A stretch of 64,000 nucleotides of DNA from an uncultured Verrucomicrobiae bacterium. Its GTDB lineage: Bacteria > Verrucomicrobiota > Verrucomicrobiia > Opitutales > JABDGR01. The stretch is from assembly GCA_963765205.1 (NCBI GenBank), contig CAVXVB010000009.1:608001-672000 (forward strand), written 5' to 3'. Positions 18,419 to 27,982 of the stretch are shown here, in pieces (the stretch's first letter is position 1; each line of letters begins with the position of its first letter). Under the pieces are notes generated by a model, which searched no databases, was not told the origin of the DNA, and saw nothing but the letters and a program-made list of their open reading frames with translations. The position numbers and the translations under genes were made by a program.

Positions 18419-21400
18419 TCAATTCCCACTCAGCGCCGACGCCGTCGTCAGCGCGTCCACCAGGCCCGCTGGGCGCGGATCGTTCGGAAACGCCTCGGGC
18501 ACGCCGCGCAGCAAATCAAGCAAACCGCGCGGCGAGGCGTCGCCGGCGAACGGGCTTTGCTGGAGGTATTCCGCAAAATACCCGGCCACCGCCGCCAGAC
18601 GCAGCGACGGCGTTGCCTGGTCGAACACCGGGGGCCGGCCGTTGTAGGGAATCTTCCAGGTCAGCTCGTGGAAATTGTTGGTGCCGGGGTCGCGGTAGCG
18701 CGCGCGCGCGGTGCCGATGGGGCCGGCCCCTTGCGGGTTGAGCACCAGGTTGTAGAGCGCCGTGCCCTGCTCGGCCGCCGCCAGCTCGCCCGCGCTCACG
18801 CTGTTGTCGCGGAACTGCGCCTGCGTCAGCCGCAAATTGTTATAACCCATCAGGCGGTAGGAGACCACGCGCTCCGGGTTGAACTCGATTTGCAGCTTCA
18901 CGTCCTGCGCGGCGGGTGTCAGCGCGCCGGCCAGCTTTTGCGCGAACGCCGCGTTCACGTCCGCCGGGCCGTTCAGGAAGGCGTAGCGCCCGTCGCTCTT
19001 GCGCGTGAGGGCTTCGAGCGTGCTGTCGTCGTAGCCATCCCAGCCCACACCGTAGGCGTCGAGCGCAATGCCCGCCGCGCGGTTTTCCTCGACGATGCCG
19101 GCGAGGGCCGCCGGGTCCAGTTCGCCGAGGTTGGCCGCGCCGTCGGTCAGCAGGATGACGCGGTTTTGCGCGTGCAGGTCAAAACTCTGGCGGGCGATGG
19201 CGTAGGCGGTCTTGAGCGCCTCCTCCATGTTCGTGCCGCCGTCGGGCACCAGTGTGTCCATAATGTTGACGATTTCGCCGAAGCGTTCGGCGGGCACGCT
19301 CACCGCGCGCACCTGCGGCGTGCGGGCGAAGGTGACGAGCGAGACCGTGTCGCCCGCGCGCAGCAGCCCGCCCAGCGCGCGGACGGCCGCGCGCAACGTC
19401 GCCACCCGGTCGGCCCGCGTCATCGAGCCGGAGCCGTCGAGGAGAATTGTCAGGCGCAGCGGCGTCGCCTGGTCGCGGCCCCCCGCTGCGGTCTGGTAGG
19501 ACACGCGCAGCAAGTCGCCGCCGGACTCAATCGGGTTTTGGCCCAAATCGTAATGGAAGGCGGCGGCCTCGCCGGTGCCCGGCGCGGGGTCGCGGTAAGA
19601 AAACGCGTTGAGGAATTCCTCCGTGCGCGTCGAAGACGGGTCGGGCCACCGGCGGTTCTGCAGCGCCGCCCACGCCAGTTGGTAGGAGGCGTCGCTGACA
19701 TTGAGCGCAAACGTCGAAAAGGCATTGTCGGCGGTGAAGATCGCCGGCGGAAATTTTACGACGTTCGGTGGGCGATTAATGGGCTGGTCGGTCGAAGCAT
19801 TAGCTTGCGTCACATTTCCGTTTTGAGCGAGCAGTTGCGAAGACGATTTCTCGGCGGCATTAACCGGTGGCGGCTGGGGAACTCCCGAAGCCGACAAAGG
19901 TATGCTTATGCTGTGGGTGCCTCCCACGACAGTTATGTTGGCGGTCGGCCCGATAAAGCTGTTGTTGCCCGTCAGCGTCAGTGTGCCGGAGCCTTGCTTG
20001 ATGATGCCGCCGACCCCTGCCAGCGCAGTGGACATGGTGACGTTGTTCCCGTTCGTGTCCAAGGTATTGAGGTCGCTCGTCGGGCTGCTGTTCAACGCCG
20101 GAAGAATCCCGGCAGTCCCAAATTGCACTTCGCCGCCCGAAATGGTCGTCCCCCCCGTGTAAGTATCATTGCCATTCAAAGCGAGCGTGCCGGCGCCAGC
20201 CTTGGTATAATTGCCCACGAAGGTGATCGCGCCGCCGATGGTCGGCGGGTTGGAGTTGACGTTGACTAGCCCGCCGATGTTGCCGGAGGCCGAAAGCCCC
20301 GCTGTAAATTGCTGATCACCGCCGGAGGAAGCGACTGTCCCGCCGGTCGTCTTGTTCAAGCCCACCGTTCCGCCGAGAATCGCGCTTGCGCTGTCACTCT
20401 CCATATCATTGGCGCTGCTGCTGGTCAGGATGCCCGTGGGCCCTCCGGCAATCGTGCCGCCAGTCAATTGTACTTCGCCAATCCTGTCATTAAAGGTGCC
20501 AGTGCTAAAGTTGCCGCCTGAGACGGTCGGGTTGGAGTTGGCCAAAACGCTTCCATTCGACCCCAATTGCAATGTCCCGGAACTGACGTTCAAAACCGGC
20601 ATGGCTGCGTTCCCGCCGCCGCTGAAATTGTCTGTCCCTGCAGTAACCGGCTCGTTCGGGCTTGCACTAGTATTATGGGACAAGGACAAGCTCCCTCCTT
20701 TTAAGTTAATTGCGCCGTTGAACGCACTCTGCGCGCCTTGGGTGAAGACCAAATTCGTCGTGTCCACGATGTTGCCGGCCAAGCCGTTCGTGCTCCCCGT
20801 CAGCGTCAGCGTGCCGCCGCTGACCGTCGTCGCGCCACCATAGGTATTCGACTCAGCCAGCGTCGCGTTCGCGTTGTCGCCCAGCGCCATATTTACATTT
20901 TGGGAGCGTGAATCAACGCCGCCATCAAATGCCACGGCTCCACCAACCTCGCCGCCGGGAGGCTGTCCTGCGATAACAGAAACGCCGCCACTGGGACTAC
21001 TTTGAACCACCGTACCCGACCGGTCTGTCTGGGCCGCCACCACCGCCAAAACCGCCACCACGCCCGCCGCGTCCTCCACCGATACCACCGCCACCCGCCC
21101 CACCGGCTGCCCCCGGCCCGCCCGCCAATGCGCCACCGCCACGGCGGACACCGCTGCCCGCCGCCCCGCCTCCTCCTCCGCGCCGGCCTCCGCCGGTGCC
21201 CCCCGCGCTCGCACTTGCACCCCCAGCAAAGCCTCCGCCAAGACCGCCGCCTTGGATAACCCGAGTAGGAGATGTCGAAAGCGGGGGTGGCGGAGGAGGG
21301 GGGGAGGCGGCGGTGGTAGCGGGGCAATGGGAGAGGATTGCGCCTCCAGCGCGGGTTCAGCCGCGGCTGGAGAAGACAATTCAAAACCCGCCGGCCCATT

Positions 21401-22450
21401 GGTCGTGGTCACCAGAGTGTCCACCACGTCAGTCGGTTCTTGGGCAATCGTAGCAAGGTCGCGGGCGGGAGATTCTGCTCGTGCCATTGTTTCCGGTGCC
21501 GCCGGGGCGGTCCAGTTGGCGGGGGCATAGGGTGAGGATGCAAGCAGGGATTGGATTGGCGTTTCGCCCGTCTCAACGATGACATCCTGGGCCAAGCCAG
21601 AATATCCCGTGCCCGCTGGCGCGGCGGCAGTCGGCGAGCCATTTTGCGCCGCGTCCTTAGCCACGGAGTCCACCAATTCCTGCGCGGACATCACTTGCGA
21701 GGTGATGAGTTTGTTCGCCATCTGTTGGCCCACGGCCAGGGTTCCCCCCGAGACAAATTCGCCCGCCAAGGCCACGGCTGGCGGGATCGGGGGGGAGGTG
21801 GCCGGCGGTATTATCCCGGGAGGGGGAGAAATGGAACGGGGGCGCGAAGCGGCAGGGGTATTGACCAGGGCCAAAGCGCCTTGGACGGAAGGCTTCGCAG
21901 GAGTAGCGCTCGGGGTATTCGCCGCGCCGGCCATTTCGCCTTGGTGTCCTCCGGGCAGGGCTTTGCTCATGCCCAAGGGAGAGGTCACTGTGTAAATCAC
22001 AGGAATCAGGACGGCCAGCAAAAGCAGCGCGGCCGCCGCCGCGAGGAAGAGGTTGCGATGGGCGCGGTAAAAGGCGGGAAAGCCGCGCGCGATTTTCTTA
22101 CGGGCAGGCGCCCCTTCGACAAGCTCAGGGCGGGTGGGCGGGTCGGCGGCGAACAGCTTGGCTAGGCGCGCGGCGCGGTCGGGGCTGAGGTGCTCGGGGA
22201 TGCCTTCAATAATCGGGAGCGCGGCGGCGGTGCGCTCGTCATCAAAAGTGTTTTTGAAGGCAAGCACTGCGGTTTCGATGTGGCGGTAGTGCGCGGCCAG
22301 CTCCGGGTCGGCGGCGAGGCGCGCGCGGAGCATCTCGGCCTCGAATTCCCCCGCCTCGCCGAGGGCCAGCGCGGCGAGGCGCGCCTCCAACTCCTCGCGC
22401 GGGCTGGGCGCGGAGGGCGGAAAACCATCGTTGGGTGGCAGCGGGTTCAT
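18419..22450 (-). CDS. Anti-sigma-like N-terminus + TM + autotransporter-associated beta-strand (PATR) repeats + YfbK-like vWA/DUF3520 fusion
   Basis: LEARLAALALGE...LAADPEL, then TM LFLAAAAALLLLAVLIPVI. Repeats TKAGAGTLALNGNDTYTGGTTISGG and IKQGSGTLTLTGNNSF. vWA motifs FSTFALNVSDASY, EEFLNAFSY, MIDAS DGSGS and LLTDGAAN. Confidence 0.85.
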   Translation of the reverse strand: MNPLPPNDGFPPSAPSPREELEARLAALALGEAGEFEAEMLRARLAADPELAAHYRHIETAVLAFKNTFDDERTAAALPIIEGIPEHLSPDRAARLAKLFAADPPTRPELVEGAPARKKIARGFPAFYRAHRNLFLAAAAALLLLAVLIPVIYTVTSPLGMSKALPGGHQGEMAGAANTPSATPAKPSVQGALALVNTPAASRPRSISPPPGIIPPATSPPIPPAVALAGEFVSGGTLAVGQQMANKLITSQVMSAQELVDSVAKDAAQNGSPTAAAPAGTGYSGLAQDVIVETGETPIQSLLASSPYAPANWTAPAAPETMARAESPARDLATIAQEPTDVVDTLVTTTNGPAGFELSSPAAAEPALEAQSSPIAPLPPPPPPLLRHPRFRHLLLGLSKAAVLAEALLGVQVRARGAPAEAGAEEEAGRRAAVSAVAVAHWRAGRGQPVGRVAVVSVEDAAGVVAVLAVVAAQTDRSGTVVQSSPSGGVSVIAGQPPGGEVGGAVAFDGGVDSRSQNVNMALGDNANATLAESNTYGGATTVSGGTLTLTGSTNGLAGNIVDTTNLVFTQGAQSAFNGAINLKGGSLSLSHNTSASPNEPVTAGTDNFSGGGNAAMPVLNVSSGTLQLGSNGSVLANSNPTVSGGNFSTGTFNDRIGEVQLTGGTIAGGPTGILTSSSANDMESDSASAILGGTVGLNKTTGGTVASSGGDQQFTAGLSASGNIGGLVNVNSNPPTIGGAITFVGNYTKAGAGTLALNGNDTYTGGTTISGGEVQFGTAGILPALNSSPTSDLNTLDTNGNNVTMSTALAGVGGIIKQGSGTLTLTGNNSFIGPTANITVVGGTHSISIPLSASGVPQPPPVNAAEKSSSQLLAQNGNVTQANASTDQPINRPPNVVKFPPAIFTADNAFSTFALNVSDASYQLAWAALQNRRWPDPSSTRTEEFLNAFSYRDPAPGTGEAAAFHYDLGQNPIESGGDLLRVSYQTAAGGRDQATPLRLTILLDGSGSMTRADRVATLRAAVRALGGLLRAGDTVSLVTFARTPQVRAVSVPAERFGEIVNIMDTLVPDGGTNMEEALKTAYAIARQSFDLHAQNRVILLTDGAANLGELDPAALAGIVEENRAAGIALDAYGVGWDGYDDSTLEALTRKSDGRYAFLNGPADVNAAFAQKLAGALTPAAQDVKLQIEFNPERVVSYRLMGYNNLRLTQAQFRDNSVSAGELAAAEQGTALYNLVLNPQGAGPIGTARARYRDPGTNNFHELTWKIPYNGRPPVFDQATPSLRLAAVAGYFAEYLQQSPFAGDASPRGLLDLLRGVPEAFPNDPRPAGLVDALTTASALSGN

Positions 22451-22467
22451 AGGGTTGTGAGTGTTAA

Positions 22468-22492
22468 GACGCGCGGGGCGGAAAAAAATTAG
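22468..22492 (-). promoter_or_regulatory. Putative ECF-sigma promoter before the vWA fusion gene
   Basis: Minus strand CTAA-N17-CGTC(TTAAC), the same motif and spacing as upstream of the sigma gene. Confidence 0.65.
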
Positions 22493-22538
22493 AGGGAAAA
22501 ATCGCAGGAAGGATTGGAGGAGTCGGTGGGCGGATTCT

Positions 22539-23144
22539 TCAACGCAGACCGGCGCGGGTGATTTCAGTGGCGAGGCTTTTTAAGGAATGGTGGAGGATAT
22601 AGCCGACGTGGCCAACCGTCAGCCCGGTGCGGGTGGCGATTTCCTTGTAGGACAATTCCTCATAAAATTTAAGGCGTACGACTTCGCCGGCGCGGGGGTC
22701 GAGACGGCGCAGGCGGTCGAAGACCAGACGGGCGAGGCCGGCGGCTTCGAGGCGCTCGACCTCGGCGTCGGGCAGCGGCGCGGGGTCGGCGAAGGCGGGA
22801 TTCTTGTCCGTCCGCAGGCGCGGGTCGCCGTCGTTGGCCGGGTCATGGGCGTCGAAGGAAATGGTTTTGCCGGCGGCGCGGAGGGTGGTGATGGCGAGGT
22901 TGTGAACGGTGCGGTAGAGCCAGGCGGAGGGGTCGCGCACTTCACCGGAATGCAGGCGCGGATGCAGGCGCAGAAAGGCTTCCTGCACACAGTCTTGCGC
23001 GGAGTCGCTGTGGCGGGTCAGGCGTATGGCGTAGGCGAGCAGGGGAGTCTCCAAGTCGCGAAAAAGCTCCTCCAGCCGGCGCGGGGGCGCGGGTTGAGCA
23101 ATGTCTCCCTTGGGTGGGGGGCAAATCTCCATGCGGGGTGGCAT
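22539..23144 (-). CDS. ECF-type sigma-70 factor
   Basis: Region 2 SAQDCVQEAFLRL...AWLYRTVHNLA and region 4 LSYKEIATRTGLTVGHVGYILHHSLK. Confidence 0.92.
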   Translation of the reverse strand: MPPRMEICPPPKGDIAQPAPPRRLEELFRDLETPLLAYAIRLTRHSDSAQDCVQEAFLRLHPRLHSGEVRDPSAWLYRTVHNLAITTLRAAGKTISFDAHDPANDGDPRLRTDKNPAFADPAPLPDAEVERLEAAGLARLVFDRLRRLDPRAGEVVRLKFYEELSYKEIATRTGLTVGHVGYILHHSLKSLATEITRAGLR

Positions 23145-23198
23145 CAAGGCCGGCGGCCCTTGCCAGGGACCGAGCGGGGATGGGTGCTTGGGGGTAAT

Positions 23199-23223
23199 GA
23201 CGGGGGCGGGGTGGGTTTCTTAG
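23199..23223 (-). promoter_or_regulatory. Putative autoregulatory ECF promoter of the sigma gene
   Basis: Minus strand CTAA(G)...CGTC(ATTAC), with 17 nt between CTAA and CGTC. Confidence 0.65.
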
Positions 23224-23242
23224 AAAATAAAGTAAAAGATTT

Positions 23243-24511
23243 TCAGGGGCTGGCGGAGGCGGGCGAGCTGAGCAGTCGTGGATCCATGCTGGAGGACGTG
23301 AGGAACACCAATTGCGAGAAGTAGAGGCGCACGGGGTAGAAGTCGGGCGCCCAGGTTTGGTGGATGGTGCGTTTTTGGCCGTCGGCGGAGATGCTCAACT
23401 CGGCGGTGCTCGGGTAGGGGGTGGACGACGCGGGCGGCTCGGCGGCGGTGAAAAATTTGTTGTCGGTTAGAAGTTTGCGCAACGCGACGATGAGTTCCGC
23501 ACTGAGTTGGAAATCGCGCTCGACGGACACGGTGCGTTTGAGAACAATGCGGGCCAGCCCGGCGCGGTCCAGAGTCACCGTGGCCTCGTCGTAAGCGGCG
23601 TGCGAACCCGGGTTTTCGTGATAGATGACTTCCGGGCAATTCGGGTCGGCGGCGGGCAGGGCGGGCGGCGGCTGGCCGGACAGGATGGCGGCCTGCGCTT
23701 CGAGGCGTGGGTGGTTGGCGGCGAACCATTTTTGCGCGTCGGCGAGGGTTTGCTGGTTTTTGACGGATGATTTGTCAAAGAAATATGAGGCGAGGTCGCG
23801 CAGGTCGGTGCTGGCGTCGCCTTGGCCGAGATTTTTTTCGAGAGCCAGCGCGGCGCGCGGGTCGCCACTGACGGCGAGCACGTGCGCCCAGAATTTGCGG
23901 TCGTCTGCGTTTTTCGCCTGCCGATACCAATCAAGCACCCGGGACACCGACCAGGGGCGGGAGAAACCGGCGAGTTTTTCCGTTTCATCGGCGGTCAGGC
24001 CGATCATGTCGCGCAAGTCCGCTTCGCCGAGACTTATATAACCATCGCCCAAATCGTAGAGTTGCTGGACGATGGGCGGTGGGTTGACCCGGTTGTATTG
24101 GGTAATCTGCACCGGGACGCCCACGTGGTGCGCGACAAGCACGCATTGCCGCATGGGAAAAGCCTCTTGCGTGGGCGGCAGCGCGGTGAGGATTTGCCGT
24201 AGCGCCGCGATTTTATCGACGTTGAGTTCGCCGGGGCTGGGGTGCTTGTTCACACGGGCGGCGTCATGGGTATCGCGCACGGTTTCGACCGAGCCGGTGC
24301 GGAGGTCAATGATCATGCGCCAGCCGATCTGTAGGTCATTGTTGGGAAACCATACGCAACGGATTTCGTCCGGCCTGCAATCCGCCAGGAAGAAGCGGAA
24401 ATACATTTCCATGGCGTAGTCCTGTTGGTAGATGGCGACGTTCTGCGCCGCCAGCGGCAAGGCGGAAGCCGCCAGCAGCAGTCCCAGCCAAAATACGCGA
24501 AATATTTTCAT
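23243..24511 (-). CDS. Secreted hypothetical protein
   Basis: Signal peptide MKIFRVFWLGLLLAASALPLAA; long ORF with host-like codon use. Confidence 0.65.
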   Translation of the reverse strand: MKIFRVFWLGLLLAASALPLAAQNVAIYQQDYAMEMYFRFFLADCRPDEIRCVWFPNNDLQIGWRMIIDLRTGSVETVRDTHDAARVNKHPSPGELNVDKIAALRQILTALPPTQEAFPMRQCVLVAHHVGVPVQITQYNRVNPPPIVQQLYDLGDGYISLGEADLRDMIGLTADETEKLAGFSRPWSVSRVLDWYRQAKNADDRKFWAHVLAVSGDPRAALALEKNLGQGDASTDLRDLASYFFDKSSVKNQQTLADAQKWFAANHPRLEAQAAILSGQPPPALPAADPNCPEVIYHENPGSHAAYDEATVTLDRAGLARIVLKRTVSVERDFQLSAELIVALRKLLTDNKFFTAAEPPASSTPYPSTAELSISADGQKRTIHQTWAPDFYPVRLYFSQLVFLTSSSMDPRLLSSPASASP

Positions 24512-24630
24512 CAGAATCGGCGGCGGGGAATCTTGCTTCCCACATAAACCCCGCTTACCGCCCAGTGTGGCGTGGAAAATGCAGCGCGCCAAGGGGATTT
24601 CCCGGCGCGGCTATGGCGGGCGGATTCTTT

Positions 24631-25545
24631 TTAACCCGCCATATTTTCCGGATATTCGCCCGCGTCGTGCAGCGCTTTCAGCGCGGCTTGCACGGCGGGC
24701 TTGTCCTCTTGATATGTGACGCCGCACCAGCGGGCGTTCGTTGTGAGCACGCGCGCACGCGCCTGACCGAGGGCGAGCAGTTGGCCGATCACGCCGGGTA
24801 GATAGCATTCTGTTTTCAAATCGGCGCCGCAGGTTTGCAGAAAGCGCGTGAATTGCGTTTCAAGTTGCGGGAAAATCGCGGGCGTCAGCGCCCAGCAGTT
24901 CATCGAAACCACGGTGTCGGCGGGAAAATACACGGGCGTGCCATCGGCCATTTTGCCCAGCGCGCCCCCGGCCGGGTCGGGTGCGAGCGCAGTTTGTTCC
25001 TCGATGGAGAGGAGGAAACCGCTGGCATCCGTGCGGCACACGCCGCGGGCCACCGTTCCGTGCGCGGAGAGCGTCGCGCCGAGCCGGTAGCCCACCAGTG
25101 CGTATTCAGGCGCATGCAACGGCGCGGCGCGCAGATAATCGGTGAGCTGGTGGAAGGCGTCCGCGCCGTAAAAATCGTCGGCATTGACGACCGCGAACGG
25201 TCCGTCCACCGCCTGGCGCGTGCACCAGACGGCGTGCGTCGTCCCCCAGGGTTTTTCGCGGCCGGGCGGCGGCGTGAAGCCGCCCGGCAACTCGCGCAGG
25301 TCCTGCATCACATAATCCACGGCGAGACCGGTCCGCGCAAGGGAAATCTGGGCGATTCGTGTGCGAAAGGCGTCGGCAAAATCGCGCCGGATGATGAAGA
25401 CGATTTTGCCAAAACCGGCGCGGTGCGCGTCGAAGATCGAGTAGTCGAGGATGGTCTGCCCCTGCGGCCCAAGCGGGTCCATTTGCTTGAGGCCGCCATA
25501 GCGGCTGCCCAGTCCGGCGGCGAGGATGACGAGGGTGGGGGGCAT
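24631..25545 (-). CDS. Sugar-phosphate nucleotidyltransferase family protein
   Basis: LVILAAGLGSRYGGLKQ, REKPWGT and NADDFYG motifs. Confidence 0.9.
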   Translation of the reverse strand: MPPTLVILAAGLGSRYGGLKQMDPLGPQGQTILDYSIFDAHRAGFGKIVFIIRRDFADAFRTRIAQISLARTGLAVDYVMQDLRELPGGFTPPPGREKPWGTTHAVWCTRQAVDGPFAVVNADDFYGADAFHQLTDYLRAAPLHAPEYALVGYRLGATLSAHGTVARGVCRTDASGFLLSIEEQTALAPDPAGGALGKMADGTPVYFPADTVVSMNCWALTPAIFPQLETQFTRFLQTCGADLKTECYLPGVIGQLLALGQARARVLTTNARWCGVTYQEDKPAVQAALKALHDAGEYPENMAG

Positions 25546-25559
25546 GGGGCAATGTAGAA

Positions 25560-25677
25560 TGAAAAATGGAAAATGGAAAATGGAAAAAGAAGATGAATGC
25601 TGAATAAACTCCTTGCTCCCCGCTCCCTGCTCCGCGCTCGACGCTTTTTCCATCTTCCATTTTCCATCTTCCATTCT
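25560..25677. repeat. Inverted heptamer arrays (AAAATGG)n / (CCATTTT or CCATCTT)n with an internal GCTCCC-type array
   Basis: Visible directly in the divergent intergenic region. Confidence 0.75.
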
Positions 25678-25689
25678 TATAACCATTTC

Positions 25690-26640
25690 ATGCGCGTGCA
25701 ATTGGAAGCCGTGGTCGAGGAACTCCGCCGTTGGCGGTCGGAGGGAACCACGCAAGTCTATGTCGGCGAGGAAACGCTTGCGCGCTTGCGCGCAGCAGTG
25801 GGGCGACGGTCGGACTCCGCGGCAGTCGCGCAGCCAGAACCGCTCTCTTTCACTCCTAAACCAACTATTGTTCCTGTTCTTCCCATTCCTCCCATTTCTC
25901 CCACACCCGCGCCACGCGCGCCAGCGGCTTCCGCTCCTGCAACCGGCCTGCGCTGGGATGGCAAACCCATTGAGCCGATTCCAGCACCCCCGGTCATCAA
26001 TTTACCGCCGGGATCGAAGATCGAGCAAATGAACTGGCTGCGCGAGCGCGTGCTGGCCTGCCCGGTGTGCAACGCCCATCTGCGGCCGGGGCGAAAGCTG
26101 GTCTTTGGCGTCGGCACGCCGGAGGCGGAGATATTTTTCTGCGGCGAAGGCCCGGGCGCGGAAGAGGAGCAGCAGGGCGAGCCGTTTGTCGGCCCGGCGG
26201 GACAGTTGCTGACCAAAATCATCCAGGCGATGGGCCTCACGCGCGACAAGGTTTACATCGCGAACGTGATGAAATGGCGGCCCGAAATTCCCACGGATTA
26301 CAACAACCGCGAGCCGACGCCGGAGGAGGTCGCCTTCAACCTGCCGTTTTTGCGCGCGCAATTGGCCATCGTGCAACCCAAGGTCATCGTCGCGCTGGGC
26401 AACACCGCGATCAACGCTCTGCTCGGGTCTGATCCCACCCGCAAGATGAAGGACATCCGCGGCCAATGGGCGGAGTTCGACGGCGTGCCGCTGATGTTCA
26501 CCTACCATCCATCGTATTTGCTGCGCAACTCGGCCCTCTCGTCCAAACGGCAAGTTTGGGTGGCGATGTTGGCCGTGATGGAGCGCGTCGGCCTGCCCAT
26601 CAGTGAAAAGCAGCGGGGGTTCTTTTTGGGGAAGGGATGA
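25690..26640 (+). CDS. Uracil-DNA glycosylase family 4 with an N-terminal extension
   Basis: [21 protein letters not shown] and TYHPSYLLR motifs. Confidence 0.9.
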   Translation: MRVQLEAVVEELRRWRSEGTTQVYVGEETLARLRAAVGRRSDSAAVAQPEPLSFTPKPTIVPVLPIPPISPTPAPRAPAASAPATGLRWDGKPIEPIPAPPVINLPPGSKIEQMNWLRERVLACPVCNAHLRPGRKLVFGVGTPEAEIFFCGEGPGAEEEQQGEPFVGPAGQLLTKIIQAMGLTRDKVYIANVMKWRPEIPTDYNNREPTPEEVAFNLPFLRAQLAIVQPKVIVALGNTAINALLGSDPTRKMKDIRGQWAEFDGVPLMFTYHPSYLLRNSALSSKRQVWVAMLAVMERVGLPISEKQRGFFLGKG

Positions 26641-26644
26641 AGAA

Positions 26645-26785
26645 GATGAAAGATGAAAGATGAAAGATGAAAGATGAAAGATGAAAGATGAAAGATGAAA
26701 GATGAAAGATGAAGGTGGAGCTTGGCAAAAAACATGAAAAGTCGAGTGGATTTTGCTTCATCCCTCATCCCTCATCCCTCATTCT
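26645..26785. repeat. (GATGAAA)x9-10 array followed by an inverted (TCATCCC)n array
   Basis: Nine perfect heptamers at 26645-26707 plus one variant; degenerate complementary array at 26757-26785. Confidence 0.9.
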
Positions 26786-26793
26786 TCCCACCC

Positions 26794-27954
26794 ATGCCTT
26801 TCAACTTCTCCACGCCACTTGACCGCCGGAACACCGGCAGCCTCAAATGGGACAAATATGCGGGCCGCGACATCCTGCCGCTCTGGGTCGCGGACATGGA
26901 TTTTTTGTCGCCCCCCGTAGTCATCGAGGCCCTGCGCGCGCGCGCGGAACACGGGATTTACGGCTACACCGCGCCGACTGACGAGGCCCGGCAAGCGGTC
27001 GTGGATTATTTGCGAGAGCGGTATTTTTATGACATTCAGCCCGAGTGGATTGTGTGGTCGCACGGGCTGGTGCCGGCGCTGAGCATCGCCTGCCGCGCGT
27101 ATGCCAAGGAAGGCGAGGGCGTGCTGGTTTGCACCCCCATTTACCCGCCGATGCTCTCCTGCCCGGTGAATATGGGGCGCAGGTTGATTCCCGTGCCGCT
27201 GAAACTGGCCGGCAAGCAATGGGAATTCGACTGGCCCGCGCTGGAAAAGGCCGTCGCGCCCGACACGCGGATTTTCATTTTATGCAGTCCGCACAATCCC
27301 GTGGGCCGGCTGTGGACGCGCGCGGAACTCGCGCAAGTCGCGCAATTTTGCGCGAAGCATAACCTCGTCCTTGTCTCTGACGAAATCCATTGCGACCTTG
27401 TGCTCGACGACGACGCGCGGCACACCGTCACGGCCTCCTTGGGGCCGGAAGTCGAGGCGCGCACCGTCACGCAAATGGCCGCGAGCAAGACGTATAATCT
27501 ACCGGGGCTGGCCTGCGCCTTCAGCGTTATCGCCGATCCGAAATTGCGCGCGGCCTTTGTGCGCGCAGCGCAGGGGTTGGTCACGGAAATCAATGCCTTC
27601 GGCTACGCAGGCACCATTGCTGCTTTCCGCCACGGCGAACCCTGGCGGCGCGAGCTGGTCGCCTATTTGCGCGGCAACCGCGATTTTATGTATGAGTTCA
27701 TCCAAACCCGCCTGCCGGAATTGAAGCTCGTCCCCATGCAGGCAACCTATCTGGCGTGGATTGACGCGCGCGCGCTGGGCGTCGAGAACCTTCAAAAGTT
27801 TTTCGAGGACGCGGGTGTGGGCCTTTCGCCCGGATTCATCTTTGGCGAAGCCGGGCGCGGTTTCGTGCGGCTGAATTTCGGCTGCCCCCGCGCCACCCTC
27901 GAAGAAGCCCTGCGACGCATGGAGCGGGCAGTGCGTAGCGGCCGGGAAAAGTGA
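26794..27954 (+). CDS. patB: PatB/MalY-family cystathionine beta-lyase (PLP)
   Basis: LPLWVADMDF, LCSPHNPVGR, SDEIHCD, SKTYNLPGL and RLNFGCP motifs. Confidence 0.9.
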   Translation: MPFNFSTPLDRRNTGSLKWDKYAGRDILPLWVADMDFLSPPVVIEALRARAEHGIYGYTAPTDEARQAVVDYLRERYFYDIQPEWIVWSHGLVPALSIACRAYAKEGEGVLVCTPIYPPMLSCPVNMGRRLIPVPLKLAGKQWEFDWPALEKAVAPDTRIFILCSPHNPVGRLWTRAELAQVAQFCAKHNLVLVSDEIHCDLVLDDDARHTVTASLGPEVEARTVTQMAASKTYNLPGLACAFSVIADPKLRAAFVRAAQGLVTEINAFGYAGTIAAFRHGEPWRRELVAYLRGNRDFMYEFIQTRLPELKLVPMQATYLAWIDARALGVENLQKFFEDAGVGLSPGFIFGEAGRGFVRLNFGCPRATLEEALRRMERAVRSGREK

Positions 27955-27982
27955 AGTGGTGCCATTGTCGAGGATTCGTTCC

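Noticed and set aside
26645..26714. Possible CRISPR array
   Set aside because: Pure 7-mer tandem with no spacers; no cas genes in the window.
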